From assembly GCA_018815925.1 (NCBI GenBank), contig JAHIWS010000021.1, positions 25,641-89,640 on the forward strand: DNA of 64,000 bases, written 5' to 3'. The notes below the pieces were generated by a model, which was not told the DNA's origin, did no database searches, and was given only the letters and a program-made list of their open reading frames with translations. A program made the translations under genes and the position numbers. Positions within the stretch are counted from its first letter, which is position 1. Each line of letters starts with the position of its first letter. Of this stretch, positions 45,932 to 54,820 are shown piece after piece. The stretch comes from Nanobdellota archaeon. Lineage in GTDB: Archaea > Nanobdellota > Nanobdellia > Pacearchaeales > GW2011-AR1.

Positions 45932-46186
45932 ATGACAAAAGAAAAAAAAATAGGAATTGTATCGAGTTACTTTAGTCATCCAGAAGTCGCTGCAATAAAA
46001 CTATCTGGTATTTTAAAAGTTGGAAATAAAATCCATATAAAAGGACACACAACAGACTTTGAAGTGGAAATCAAAGACATACAAATAGAAAGAAAATCTG
46101 TTGAAAAAGCTAAAAAAGGCGACCACATTGGCATAAAAGTTCCTGAAAAAGTAAGGCCTAATGACGAAGTTTTTCTTGTAGAATAA
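45932..46186 (+). CDS. small EF-Tu domain 2-like beta-barrel protein
   Basis: LKVGNKIHIKG...KKGDHIGIKV resembles the translation-factor domain II barrel. Confidence 0.45.
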   Translation: MTKEKKIGIVSSYFSHPEVAAIKLSGILKVGNKIHIKGHTTDFEVEIKDIQIERKSVEKAKKGDHIGIKVPEKVRPNDEVFLVE

Positions 46187-46233
46187 ACACCATAAATATT
46201 TTAAAACAATTATCCCTGAATTCTTAGTAATAC

Positions 46234-46444
46234 GCCTCTGTAGTTCAGTGGTCAAGAATGCCGCCCTCTCAAAAAACCGGAAAAGAACAAATCAGTGCTG
46301 ATAATATTGGATGGAGTCAAACATTCCTCCCCAATCTAAGAGAGGTGATCTATTCTTGATGAAAGAAAAGGTCTATGTATCTCAATACAACCTTCTCTTG
46401 TTTAGAGTACGGCGGTGACCCGAGTCCGAATCTCGGCAGAGGCG
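46234..46444 (+). tRNA. tRNA-Glu: tRNA-Glu (anticodon CUC) with 138-nt intron at 37/38
   Basis: GCCTCTG/CAGAGGC acceptor, CCGCC/GGCGG anticodon stem, loop CTCTCA|intron 46272..46409|C. Exon CTCT pairs with intron AGAG, flanked by bulges CAA and TAC (BHB). The T loop is TCCGAAT, with C at position 55. Confidence 0.75.
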
Positions 46445-46511
46445 TTTCTACTTAAAAACATTTATAAAAACACTCTACTTTTCTAAAATACAAAAAGGGG
46501 CTTGATAAAAA

Positions 46512-47093
46512 GTGTTGCTAGAAATTGAAACCAAAATAAAACTCGAAGATTCCCAAGTTAAAGAATTTAGAAAAAGAATTAAAGAAATTGCTAGATTTTC
46601 TAAAAAAGGAAAAAAAGTCGACGATTATTTTGCAATACAAAGATGGGGATATCCAAAAAAAGCATTTAGAACAAGAACAACCAGAGATCAAATAGAAATT
46701 AATTTTAAAAAACATTTAAAAAAATATTGGACAAAAGAAATTGTTGTTAAACAAGAATTTGAATTTGTTATTCCTAAAGAAAACTTTGATGATATGATCG
46801 AATTATACAAAGATATGGGATTTAAAGAGTGGGTTCAAAAAATTAAATGGAATGAAACTTACAAATGGAAAAAAGATAAACATGTTTCAATAGAATTAAA
46901 CAGAGTAAAACATCTTGGATATTTTATTGAATTAGAATATCTTGCTACACCGAGCCAAATGAATATGGCAATAAGAAAGATCCAAGCTGTTCTCAAAGAT
47001 CTAAAAATAAATCTTAATCAAATAGATAATACAGGTTATACAAAAATGCTTTGGTATAAAGGAACCAGAGGAAAAAGGAAATTTTTGAAATGA
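46512..47093 (+). CDS. CYTH-domain protein (class IV adenylate cyclase / triphosphate tunnel metalloenzyme family)
   Basis: N-terminal EIETK (ExExK) motif and GYFIELEY near the C-terminal strands. GTG start according to the ORF track. Confidence 0.7.
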   Translation: MLLEIETKIKLEDSQVKEFRKRIKEIARFSKKGKKVDDYFAIQRWGYPKKAFRTRTTRDQIEINFKKHLKKYWTKEIVVKQEFEFVIPKENFDDMIELYKDMGFKEWVQKIKWNETYKWKKDKHVSIELNRVKHLGYFIELEYLATPSQMNMAIRKIQAVLKDLKINLNQIDNTGYTKMLWYKGTRGKRKFLK

Positions 47094-47341
47094 AAGAAAA
47101 AAAAAATCTAGAAAAAGAAGGTAAAAAAACTCTTAAAGTAGGTTTCTGGATTTTAGGAATTTTCATATTTTTATGGATAATATATTACATTATTATGTTA
47201 ACAAGTTGTAATGATGAAAGTTGTGGTATGGGTTTTATAGTAGCTATTTACTCTTCAATAATCCCTCTTGCAATAATATTAATAATTATTTTCATAGGAA
47301 TAATACTATTAATTATAGGCAAACAGAGAAATAAAAAATGA
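47090..47341 (+). CDS. small membrane protein
   Basis: Two TM helices. 4-nt overlaps with both neighbours. Confidence 0.4.
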   Translation: MKEKKNLEKEGKKTLKVGFWILGIFIFLWIIYYIIMLTSCNDESCGMGFIVAIYSSIIPLAIILIIIFIGIILLIIGKQRNKK

Positions 47342-49293
47342 CATCATACATAACAAAAAAATCAGGAAAATATTGGCCATCTAAAGCAATGAAAGACATT
47401 GCTTGGGTCAAAGATTCAAAAATCTATAAAGAAGCAGATAAAAATCCTATCAAGTTTTGGTCAGAATTAGCAAAACAAGGACTTGTATGGGAAAAATTAT
47501 GGAAACCAGAAAATACATATGTTCAAAAAATTCCATATTTTTGGTGGTTTAAACAAGGAAAAATCAATTTTTGTGTTAATGCACTAGACAGACATTTAGA
47601 CAAACCTTCAAAACCTGCTTTAATCTGGGTTCCAGAGCCAACCAATGAAAAAACAGTTATTCTAACTTATGCAGGGCTCTATGAAAAAGTAAATAGATTT
47701 GCAAACACACTCAAACAATTAGGAGTAAAAAAACAAGAAATTGTATCTATCTATTTACCTTTAATTCCAGAAGCACTAATAGCAATGCTTGCCTGCACAA
47801 GAATTGGAGCAATTCATTCTGTTGTATTTTCTGCTTTTGCACCAGACGCATTAAAAACAAGAATTATTGATGGTAATGCAAAAATACTAATAACTGCTGA
47901 TGGATATTATAGGAGAGGTAAAAAAGAAAATTTATTAAAAAAAGCAAAAAAAGCAATAAAAGGAACTAAGATAAAAAAAGTGATTGTGGTTCCAAGATTT
48001 AATAAGAAAAAACATTATTTTGGAAAATATTTAAATTTTTATGATATTCTTAACAAAACTCCTTCTTATTGTAAACCAGAAATTATGAACTCAGAAGACC
48101 CTCTTTTTATATTATACACTTCGGGAACAACAGGTAAACCAAAAGGAATTGTTCATGATACTGGAGGTTATGCAACTCAAGCATACTGGACAACAAAGTG
48201 GAATTTTAATTTACATGAAGATGATATTATATGGTGCACTGCAGATATTGGATGGGTCACAGGCCATACTTATGCTTTTTATGGTCCTTTATTAAATGGT
48301 GCAACAACTTTAATTTATGAAGGAACTCCTGATTTTCCAAATCCTTCTAGATGGTGGAAAATAATTGACAAATTTAAAGTAACATCTTTTTATACAGCTC
48401 CAACAGCAATAAGGATGTTTATGAGGTTTGGAGATAAATGGGTTAATAAACATAAACTTAACTCCCTAAGAATACTAGCTACTGTTGGAGAACCAATAGA
48501 CCAAAATGCATGGAACTGGTATTTAAAAAAAATAGGAAAATCAAGGTGCCCCATAATTGATACTTGGTGGCAGACAGAAACAGGGGGAACTTTAATAAAT
48601 GTATTACCAGGAATAGGTCCTTTTATTCCAACAATTGCAGGAAAAAGTTTTCCAGGAACAAGACACATAATCCTTAATAAAGCAGGAAAGAAAGTTTCAA
48701 AAGGATTTTTAGCACAAGTATCTCCTTTTGCACCTGGTATGCTCCATGGAGTCTGGAAAAACCATAAAAAATATGTAGAAACTTATTGGAAAACATTTAA
48801 AACAAAATATGACACAAGTGACGGAGCAATAATGAAAAATAATTTATTTAGGATCACAGGAAGAACAGATGATGTGATGAAAGTAGCAGGACACAGACTT
48901 GCAACAGCAGAATTAGAAAATGTAATAAACACTCATAAATTTGTTAATGAATCTGCAGTAGTTCCAATACCTGATAAAATAAAAGGTCAGACCCCAATTG
49001 CATTTGTTGTATTAAAAGGAAAAAACAAAAATCCAGAAAAAATTGAAAAAAAACTCAAAAGCCATGTTGATAAACACCTTGGTCCAACTTCTCGTCCATC
49101 AAGAATTTATTTGGTAAATGCTCTTCCAAAAACCAGGTCAGGCAAAATCATGAGGAGAATCTTAAAAAGCCTCCTCAATAACGAAGAAGCTCAAGGATTA
49201 ATGACCCTGGTCAATCCTGATTGTGTAGAAGAAATTAAAAACCTTGTTTCCCAAGACATAATAAATAAAAATGCCAAAAAAACAAATAACTAA
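47338..49293 (+). CDS. acs: acetyl-CoA synthetase (AMP-forming)
   Basis: YTSGTTGKPKG (AMP-binding), WWQTETGG and C-terminal RSGKIMRR. Confidence 0.92.
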   Translation: MTSYITKKSGKYWPSKAMKDIAWVKDSKIYKEADKNPIKFWSELAKQGLVWEKLWKPENTYVQKIPYFWWFKQGKINFCVNALDRHLDKPSKPALIWVPEPTNEKTVILTYAGLYEKVNRFANTLKQLGVKKQEIVSIYLPLIPEALIAMLACTRIGAIHSVVFSAFAPDALKTRIIDGNAKILITADGYYRRGKKENLLKKAKKAIKGTKIKKVIVVPRFNKKKHYFGKYLNFYDILNKTPSYCKPEIMNSEDPLFILYTSGTTGKPKGIVHDTGGYATQAYWTTKWNFNLHEDDIIWCTADIGWVTGHTYAFYGPLLNGATTLIYEGTPDFPNPSRWWKIIDKFKVTSFYTAPTAIRMFMRFGDKWVNKHKLNSLRILATVGEPIDQNAWNWYLKKIGKSRCPIIDTWWQTETGGTLINVLPGIGPFIPTIAGKSFPGTRHIILNKAGKKVSKGFLAQVSPFAPGMLHGVWKNHKKYVETYWKTFKTKYDTSDGAIMKNNLFRITGRTDDVMKVAGHRLATAELENVINTHKFVNESAVVPIPDKIKGQTPIAFVVLKGKNKNPEKIEKKLKSHVDKHLGPTSRPSRIYLVNALPKTRSGKIMRRILKSLLNNEEAQGLMTLVNPDCVEEIKNLVSQDIINKNAKKTNN

Positions 49294-49564
49294 ACCCCTA
49301 ACAAAAAAAGAAATAATAAAGTTAAAGGCCAAAGTATCAACTCAGAACTTTAAAAGAGAAATGAAAAAAGCTATGAACACTGCAATAGTAGCTGCTTTTG
49401 GTTTTGTAATTGCATTAGTTTGGAAAGATGTAATAACAGAATGGGTATCTACAATTACTGGAGCAAGTCCTGTTCATGGAAAAATAATTGAAGCAATTTT
49501 AGTAACAATAATTGCAGTAATAGGAATAATAATTGTTACAAGAATATTCTCAGAAAAAAAATAA
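49271..49564 (+). CDS. small membrane protein
   Basis: Basic N-terminus plus two TM helices. Overlaps the acs end by 23 nt. Confidence 0.4.
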   Translation: MPKKQITKPLTKKEIIKLKAKVSTQNFKREMKKAMNTAIVAAFGFVIALVWKDVITEWVSTITGASPVHGKIIEAILVTIIAVIGIIIVTRIFSEKK

Positions 49565-49620
49565 AGTTTATTTTCCAAGTTCAAAAAAAGAAATAAATAC
49601 TCTTTATTCTAATTAACAAA

Positions 49621-50271
49621 ATGAAAAAAACAATTCTTCCAATACTAAAAATTCTCTCAAAAAAATATCCTTCTAATTCTAGAACAACCTTAAACAGAAT
49701 GCGTTTAAAACCAAATCCATTTAAAGTCTTAATTGCCTGTTTATTATCTCTTAGGGCTAGAGATGAAAACACAGAAAAAGTTTCAAAAAAACTTTTTGCT
49801 ATTGCAGATACTCCTGAAAAATTAATCAAAATTCCTACAAAAAAGCTTGAAAAAATAATTTACTCATCTGGACATTATAAGAAAAAAACAGCTACATTAA
49901 AACATGTCACAGGAGAGCTCATAGGAAAATTTAATTCAAAAGTTCCAAAAACAAGAGAAGAACTCTTATCAATCAAAGGAATAGGTCCAAAAACAGCAAA
50001 TATTGTTTTAGCATTTGCCTATGGAAAAGCAGTCATTCCAGTTGATGTGCATGTTCATATTTGTGCAAATAGGTTTGGATGGGTTAAAACCAAAACAGCT
50101 GAGAAAACTGAGATTGAACTAACAAAAGTACTACCAAAAAGATATTGGAAAGAGCTAAATGCAATATTAGTACAATTTGGTAAAGATATCTGTGACACTC
50201 GCTCCCCTAAATGTTCAATCTGCCCTATAAGCAAATATTGCCCAAGAATTAATGTGAAAAGAAGCAGATAA
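49621..50271 (+). CDS. nth: endonuclease III (DNA glycosylase/AP lyase)
   Basis: HhH-GPD LLSIKGIGPKTANIVL, catalytic Asp region VDVHV and the 4Fe-4S ligands C-X6-C-X2-C-X5-C (CDTRSPKCSICPISKYC). Confidence 0.88.
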   Translation: MKKTILPILKILSKKYPSNSRTTLNRMRLKPNPFKVLIACLLSLRARDENTEKVSKKLFAIADTPEKLIKIPTKKLEKIIYSSGHYKKKTATLKHVTGELIGKFNSKVPKTREELLSIKGIGPKTANIVLAFAYGKAVIPVDVHVHICANRFGWVKTKTAEKTEIELTKVLPKRYWKELNAILVQFGKDICDTRSPKCSICPISKYCPRINVKRSR

Positions 50272-50302
50272 CTTTTTAAACTAATTTTTTCTTCATCTTC
50301 CT

Positions 50303-50419
50303 ATGAAGAGAAGCTCTAGACGTTGGAAAAAGAAAAGACAAATGCGTTGGAAATGGCAACGTAAAAAACTTAGAAAAGAAAAACGTAAGCGTAAGCTCAA
50401 GAGAGCTAGAGCTAAATAG
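50303..50419 (+). CDS. rpl41e: ribosomal protein L41e (38 aa, absent from ORF track)
   Basis: My translation is MKRSSRRWKKKRQMRWKWQRKKLRKEKRKRKLKRARAK. The RRWKKK.RMRWKW pattern matches archaeal L41e as I recall it. Confidence 0.75.
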   Translation: MKRSSRRWKKKRQMRWKWQRKKLRKEKRKRKLKRARAK

Positions 50420-50486
50420 ATCTAGAAAATATAGTTTTTAAAAAATCTTAGGTAAAGAAAAATAACCCCTATCCACAACAATAATC

Positions 50487-50494
50487 TTTATTAA
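50487..50494 (+). promoter_or_regulatory. TATA-like box (TTTATTAA) 29 nt upstream of rfcS ATG
   Basis: Recurrent spacing. Confidence 0.4.
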
Positions 50495-50515
50495 TTAATC
50501 CTCAATAAACTATCT

Positions 50516-51478
50516 ATGATTAATAGCAGTATATGGACAGAAAAATACAGACCATCCAACTTCACCGGAATTGTTGGTCAGGATGAAATAGTAAAAAGAG
50601 TTGAATCACTAACATCTTCACTAAATATTCCTCACTTAATGTTTGCTGGACCAGCAGGAACAGGAAAATCAACTTTAGCCTTAATTGTAGTAAAAACCTT
50701 ATTTAAAGAAAATTGGAAAGAAAATTATTTAGAATTAAATGCTAGTGATGAAAGGGGAATTAATGTTGTAAGAGAAAAAGTCAAAAACTTTGCAAGAACA
50801 AAGGCATTAGGACAAGTCCCATTCAAAGTAATATTTCTAGATGAAGCAGATGCATTAACACCTGAAGCTCAACAAGCCTTAAGAAGAACAATGGAAAATT
50901 ATTCAAATACATGCAGGTTCATATTATCTTGCAATTACTCTTCAAAGATAATTGATCCAATTCAATCAAGATGTGCTATTTTTAGATTCAAACTTCTAGA
51001 AAAAAAAGATGTTGAAAAAGTTATTAATAAAATTGCAGATGGCGAAAGATTAACAATAACAGCAGAGGCTCTAGAAAATTTATATGAAGGAAGTGAAGGA
51101 GATTGTAGAAAATGTATAAATATTTTACAATCAACAGCTTCTGTTTCCCCTTCAATAACCCTTGATCTTATATCGACAATAATATCAAGTGCAAAACCCA
51201 AAGACATAAGAATTGTTCTAGATTACACTTTATCTGGAGATTTTCAAAAAGCCAGAGAAAAACTTCTTGACATTATGCTAAAAGAAAGTATTTCAGGGCA
51301 AGATGTTATTAAAGCAATACAAAAAGAAATCTGGAATCTTCCAATAGAGCCAGATTTAAAAGTAAAACTAACAGAAAAAACAGGTGAAACAGAATTTAGA
51401 ATTGTAGAGGGCTCAGATCCTTTTATACAACTTCAATCTTTACTAGCAAGTTTTGTTCTAGCCGGATTAGGCAGATAA
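50516..51478 (+). CDS. rfcS: replication factor C small subunit
   Basis: WTEKYRP, Walker A GPAGTGKST, DEAD-like FLDEADAL, SRC motif QSRC. No intein. Confidence 0.9.
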   Translation: MINSSIWTEKYRPSNFTGIVGQDEIVKRVESLTSSLNIPHLMFAGPAGTGKSTLALIVVKTLFKENWKENYLELNASDERGINVVREKVKNFARTKALGQVPFKVIFLDEADALTPEAQQALRRTMENYSNTCRFILSCNYSSKIIDPIQSRCAIFRFKLLEKKDVEKVINKIADGERLTITAEALENLYEGSEGDCRKCINILQSTASVSPSITLDLISTIISSAKPKDIRIVLDYTLSGDFQKAREKLLDIMLKESISGQDVIKAIQKEIWNLPIEPDLKVKLTEKTGETEFRIVEGSDPFIQLQSLLASFVLAGLGR

Positions 51479-51795
51479 TGTTTCCAATTCAAGATAAGAA
51501 ATATATAAATGAAAAAATAATTCCATTAACATACAAGAGATTAGAAAAATTAATCACATTAAAAGAAGAAAAATATATTGAAAAACTAAAGAAAAAAAAG
51601 AAATCAGAATTCAAAAAAATATCTGCTGATGCACAATTTTATCACCATGAATTAACTGATAATAATTATTTAAATGGAATCAAATTTTTTAAAAATAAAG
51701 TGCATGTTCCAAGAGAAATCAGGGAAATAATTGAATGGGCAGAAAAAAAAGAAGATAAATATAGAAAATATATTGGTTTTGATCCAACAAAATAA
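51478..51795 (+). CDS. hypothetical protein
   Basis: 105-aa ORF whose start overlaps the rfcS stop. Confidence 0.4.
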   Translation: MFPIQDKKYINEKIIPLTYKRLEKLITLKEEKYIEKLKKKKKSEFKKISADAQFYHHELTDNNYLNGIKFFKNKVHVPREIREIIEWAEKKEDKYRKYIGFDPTK

Positions 51796-51797
51796 AA

Positions 51798-52136
51798 ATG
51801 GGAATACAGATTGAATTTAATCCAGACTTAGCATTAAGAAAACATGAAACTGCTGGAAGATTAGAACATGAATGTTTACCAAAAGTTTTAGAAGTAGGTA
51901 AAATATATAGATTCTTAAAAAAAGGACAAAGAAACTATTGGTTAGAGGGGGAAATACCCTTATTAGAAACAAAAGGAAATCAAAAATTGTCGAGACCTTT
52001 AGCTAGTATAAAAATATTAGAAGCAACCCATTTCAAGGTAAAAGAAAAAACCTACACTAGAGGGCTTTATGAGATTAAAGAAATATATAATATCAATAAT
52101 CCCAGAATACATTTTGAAGGGATGAACAAAATATGA
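51798..52136 (+). CDS. hypothetical protein
   Basis: 112-aa ORF within the RFC gene string. Confidence 0.4.
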   Translation: MGIQIEFNPDLALRKHETAGRLEHECLPKVLEVGKIYRFLKKGQRNYWLEGEIPLLETKGNQKLSRPLASIKILEATHFKVKEKTYTRGLYEIKEIYNINNPRIHFEGMNKI

Positions 52137-52552
52137 GTAATCAAATTAGACCCAGAGTTGGAGTAAGTGTAATAATCATAAAAGATAATAAAGTATTATT
52201 AGGAAAAAGAATAGGGTCACATGGCCAAGGAACATGGGCATTTCCAGGAGGACATATTGAATTATTTAATAATTTAATAGATACCTGCATTAAAGAGGTA
52301 AAAGAAGAAACCGACCTAGATATTAACATAATTGATGCTAATCCAGTAGCAGTTACAAATGATTTTTTTACCAAAAATAATAAACACTACATAACTTTAT
52401 TTTTCAGAGCAAAAATAATTAATGAAAAAGAACCTAAATTAACAGAGCCAGATAAGTGTGAAGGATGGTACTGGTTTAGTTGGAATGAACTACCCTCCCC
52501 TCTATTTATACCTATTCAAAACTTATTAAAACAAAATTTTAAACCATTTTAA
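52133..52552 (+). CDS. NUDIX hydrolase
   Basis: Nudix box GGHIELFNNLIDTCIKEVKEETDL. Confidence 0.75.
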   Translation: MSNQIRPRVGVSVIIIKDNKVLLGKRIGSHGQGTWAFPGGHIELFNNLIDTCIKEVKEETDLDINIIDANPVAVTNDFFTKNNKHYITLFFRAKIINEKEPKLTEPDKCEGWYWFSWNELPSPLFIPIQNLLKQNFKPF

Positions 52553-52557
52553 TAAAA

Positions 52558-53772
52558 ATGTTAATGAAAAAAGAAACTCCTTGGTGTGAAAAATATAGGC
52601 CAAAAAATTTCCAAGACATAAAAGGTCAAGAAGAAGCAATAACAAAAACAAAACAATTCCTAGGAAATTTTTACCTAAGCAAACTAACAAAAACAAGAAA
52701 AAAAGCTTTAATTCTTCATGGCCCACCTGGAACAGGAAAAACAACATTAGCACATGTTGCTGCTCTTGAAACAAATTCAGAAATTTTTGAATTAAATGCT
52801 TCTGATTTAAGAAATAAATCTAAACTGCAAGAAATCTTAAAACCTGCAATTGAACAACAATCACTTACAAAAAAAAGAAAAATAATTCTTGTAGATGAGG
52901 TAGATGGAATTTCAGCAGTTGATAGAGGGGGTTTAACAGAACTTCTTTTTTTAATTGAGTTAACTTCCTACCCCGTAATTATAACCGCCAATGATATTTG
53001 GAATAGAAAATTAAACCCTCTAAGAAAAAAAACAGACATGATTCAATTAAAAGAAATAAATTACAAAACAATAAAAGATGTTTTAATCAATATCTTAAAA
53101 AAAGAAAACAAATTCATAGAAAACGAAAGTCTAACAAAAATATCTCTAAAATCAAAAGGAGATATAAGGGCTGCAATAAATGATCTTCAAACAATTTCAA
53201 AAATACAAAACTATTCATCAATAGAAATTGATGAAAGAAACAAAGAAACAGATATTTTCAAAGCACTAAGATTAATTTTCAAAGGAAAAACTTCAGATGA
53301 AATAATAAGAATTTTTGATTCTGTATCTATGCCTCTAGATGAAATAATATTATGGATAGAAGAAAATATTCCATCTGAATATTCAGGAAAAGAACTTGCA
53401 AAAGCATATGATACATTAAGTAAAGCAGATATATTCAAAGGAAGAATCTATAAACAGCAATATTGGAGATTTTTAGTCTATGAAAATTTTCTTCTCTCAT
53501 ACGGAATCTCAGCTGCAAAAAAAGAAATCAAAACAGGATTTACAAGTTATAAAAAACCATCTAGAATACTTAAAATATGGTTATATAATCAAAAAACAAT
53601 AAAAATGAAATCAATATGTCAAAAATATGCAAAATATGTTCATATAAATCAAAAACGTGCTAGAAATGAATTTCCAATAATAAAAAATATTTTAAAAAAC
53701 AACAAATCAATACAAAAAGAACTAAAACTCAATGATGAAGAAGTTGATTATTTAGAAAACAAATTAAATTAA
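52558..53772 (+). CDS. rfcL: replication factor C large subunit
   Basis: WCEKYRP, Walker A GPPGTGKTT, VDEVDG. About 400 aa with a C-terminal helical domain. Confidence 0.85.
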   Translation: MLMKKETPWCEKYRPKNFQDIKGQEEAITKTKQFLGNFYLSKLTKTRKKALILHGPPGTGKTTLAHVAALETNSEIFELNASDLRNKSKLQEILKPAIEQQSLTKKRKIILVDEVDGISAVDRGGLTELLFLIELTSYPVIITANDIWNRKLNPLRKKTDMIQLKEINYKTIKDVLINILKKENKFIENESLTKISLKSKGDIRAAINDLQTISKIQNYSSIEIDERNKETDIFKALRLIFKGKTSDEIIRIFDSVSMPLDEIILWIEENIPSEYSGKELAKAYDTLSKADIFKGRIYKQQYWRFLVYENFLLSYGISAAKKEIKTGFTSYKKPSRILKIWLYNQKTIKMKSICQKYAKYVHINQKRARNEFPIIKNILKNNKSIQKELKLNDEEVDYLENKLN

Positions 53773-54226
53773 GTTTTTATTGCTTCTAATGCAACAAGAG
53801 CTGATTTTCTAACTGACTCTAACATCACAGGATCTCCAAGAACTTCCTTTTTATTAAACCATCTAAGTTTTTCTTTTTCATCAGTTTCTTTAACTTTTAT
53901 ATCAGGATTTTTACATTTTCCAAAAAATACAAAATTCATATGTTGACTATGATGTGGAACAAATTCTAATTGAAAACGATGCATCTTAATCACTTCTACA
54001 TTTCCATTATCATATCTATTAAAATCCTCCTATAAATCAAACTCAAAACCAACCTCTTCTTCAACTTCCCTTCTTATAGCTTCAAGAGGAGACTCTCCAA
54101 GATTAATATGACCTCCTATCGGAACCCATGTCTGCAAAATTTTATTCCAATTCAGTAAAACCCTCTTATTGTTAACTAAAAAATAGTTGCAACCCAGCAT
54201 TTATCTTTCCAGTTTATTTCAGACAT
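53769..54226 (-). pseudogene. NUDIX hydrolase pseudogene (homopolymer frameshift plus in-frame TAG)
   Basis: From ATG 54226 the frame reads MSEINWKDKCWVATIF, then TAG. One extra T in the T6 run (plus-strand A-run 54178..54183) would give ...ATIFLVNNKRVLL...GGHINLGESPLEAIRREVEEEVG (a perfect Nudix box). A second, in-frame TAG lies at 54030..54032. The listed 74-aa ORF is the tail. Confidence 0.65.
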
Positions 54227-54275
54227 ATGGGTAAAAATATGGATTGTTTTTTAAAAATTATTATGTTAAATCACC

Positions 54276-54581
54276 TTATTTCTTTTTAGCCCTTACAGAA
54301 ATTTTCTTTTTAACAATTTTTTTCCTAGGTCTTCTTCCTAAACCAACTCTTTTAAGAATCCAAATAAGAACTATTGCCAAAATAACTGTTATTAAAGCAA
54401 AAAGTAATACTTTGATAATAAAAGGACTTATTTGTGTATCTTCCGGAGAAAACTGAATATTATTTGCATTTGTCATCCCAAGAACATTACTTGATGAAAA
54501 AAATTCAAACCACACCCCAACTAATAAAGCTACAAAAGCTATAGCAATAACAACAACATAAAATTTCTCATCTTTTTGCAT
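54276..54581 (-). CDS. small membrane protein with Lys/Arg-rich C-terminal tail
   Basis: Two TM helices, then RRPRKKIVKKKISVRAKKK. Confidence 0.45.
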   Translation of the reverse strand: MQKDEKFYVVVIAIAFVALLVGVWFEFFSSSNVLGMTNANNIQFSPEDTQISPFIIKVLLFALITVILAIVLIWILKRVGLGRRPRKKIVKKKISVRAKKK

Positions 54582-54702
54582 ACGAATATATAGGATTACT
54601 TGTTTAAAAAATTTCCCTTATCCTTATTATACACAGATTAAGTATAATATATACTTAATAACAAAAACCTTTATAAACAATAAAATACACATATTAAGTA
54701 TT

Positions 54703-54818
54703 CTAAGGGTAGAAATAGTGAAAGAGAGAACTAAGAAATTCATAATTAATATTAAATTTTTTTCTAGCAAGGACTCTCTTTCAAATACCCTAGAAATCAT
54801 GAGCCCTTGCTTTTTTTC
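54703..54818 (+). promoter_or_regulatory. structured GC-enriched leader or small RNA upstream of the giant surface-protein gene
   Basis: Helix TGAAAGAGAG (54719..54728) / CTCTCTTTCA (54774..54783) sits above AGGGTA/TACCCT. An alternative hairpin AGCAAGGACTC (54767..54777) / GAGCCCTTGCT (54801..54811) is followed by T7. A TATA-like CTTTATAAAC lies at 54668..54677. Confidence 0.35.
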
Positions 54819-54820
54819 AT

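Noticed and set aside
46272-46409. Possible box C/D sRNA inside the 138-nt tRNA-Glu intron (UUGAUGA at 46356..46362, CUGA at 46298..46301).
   Set aside because: The box order is wrong (D-like before C-like). There is no second CUGA after the C-like box and no terminal stem. It works only under an ad hoc circular-permutation model.
54030-54032. TAG recoding (pyrrolysine or amber readthrough) as an explanation for the interrupted NUDIX gene.
   Set aside because: TAG terminates several well-defined genes in the window. The same gene also carries a frameshift. No pyl genes or tRNA-Pyl are seen. A pseudogene is the simpler reading.
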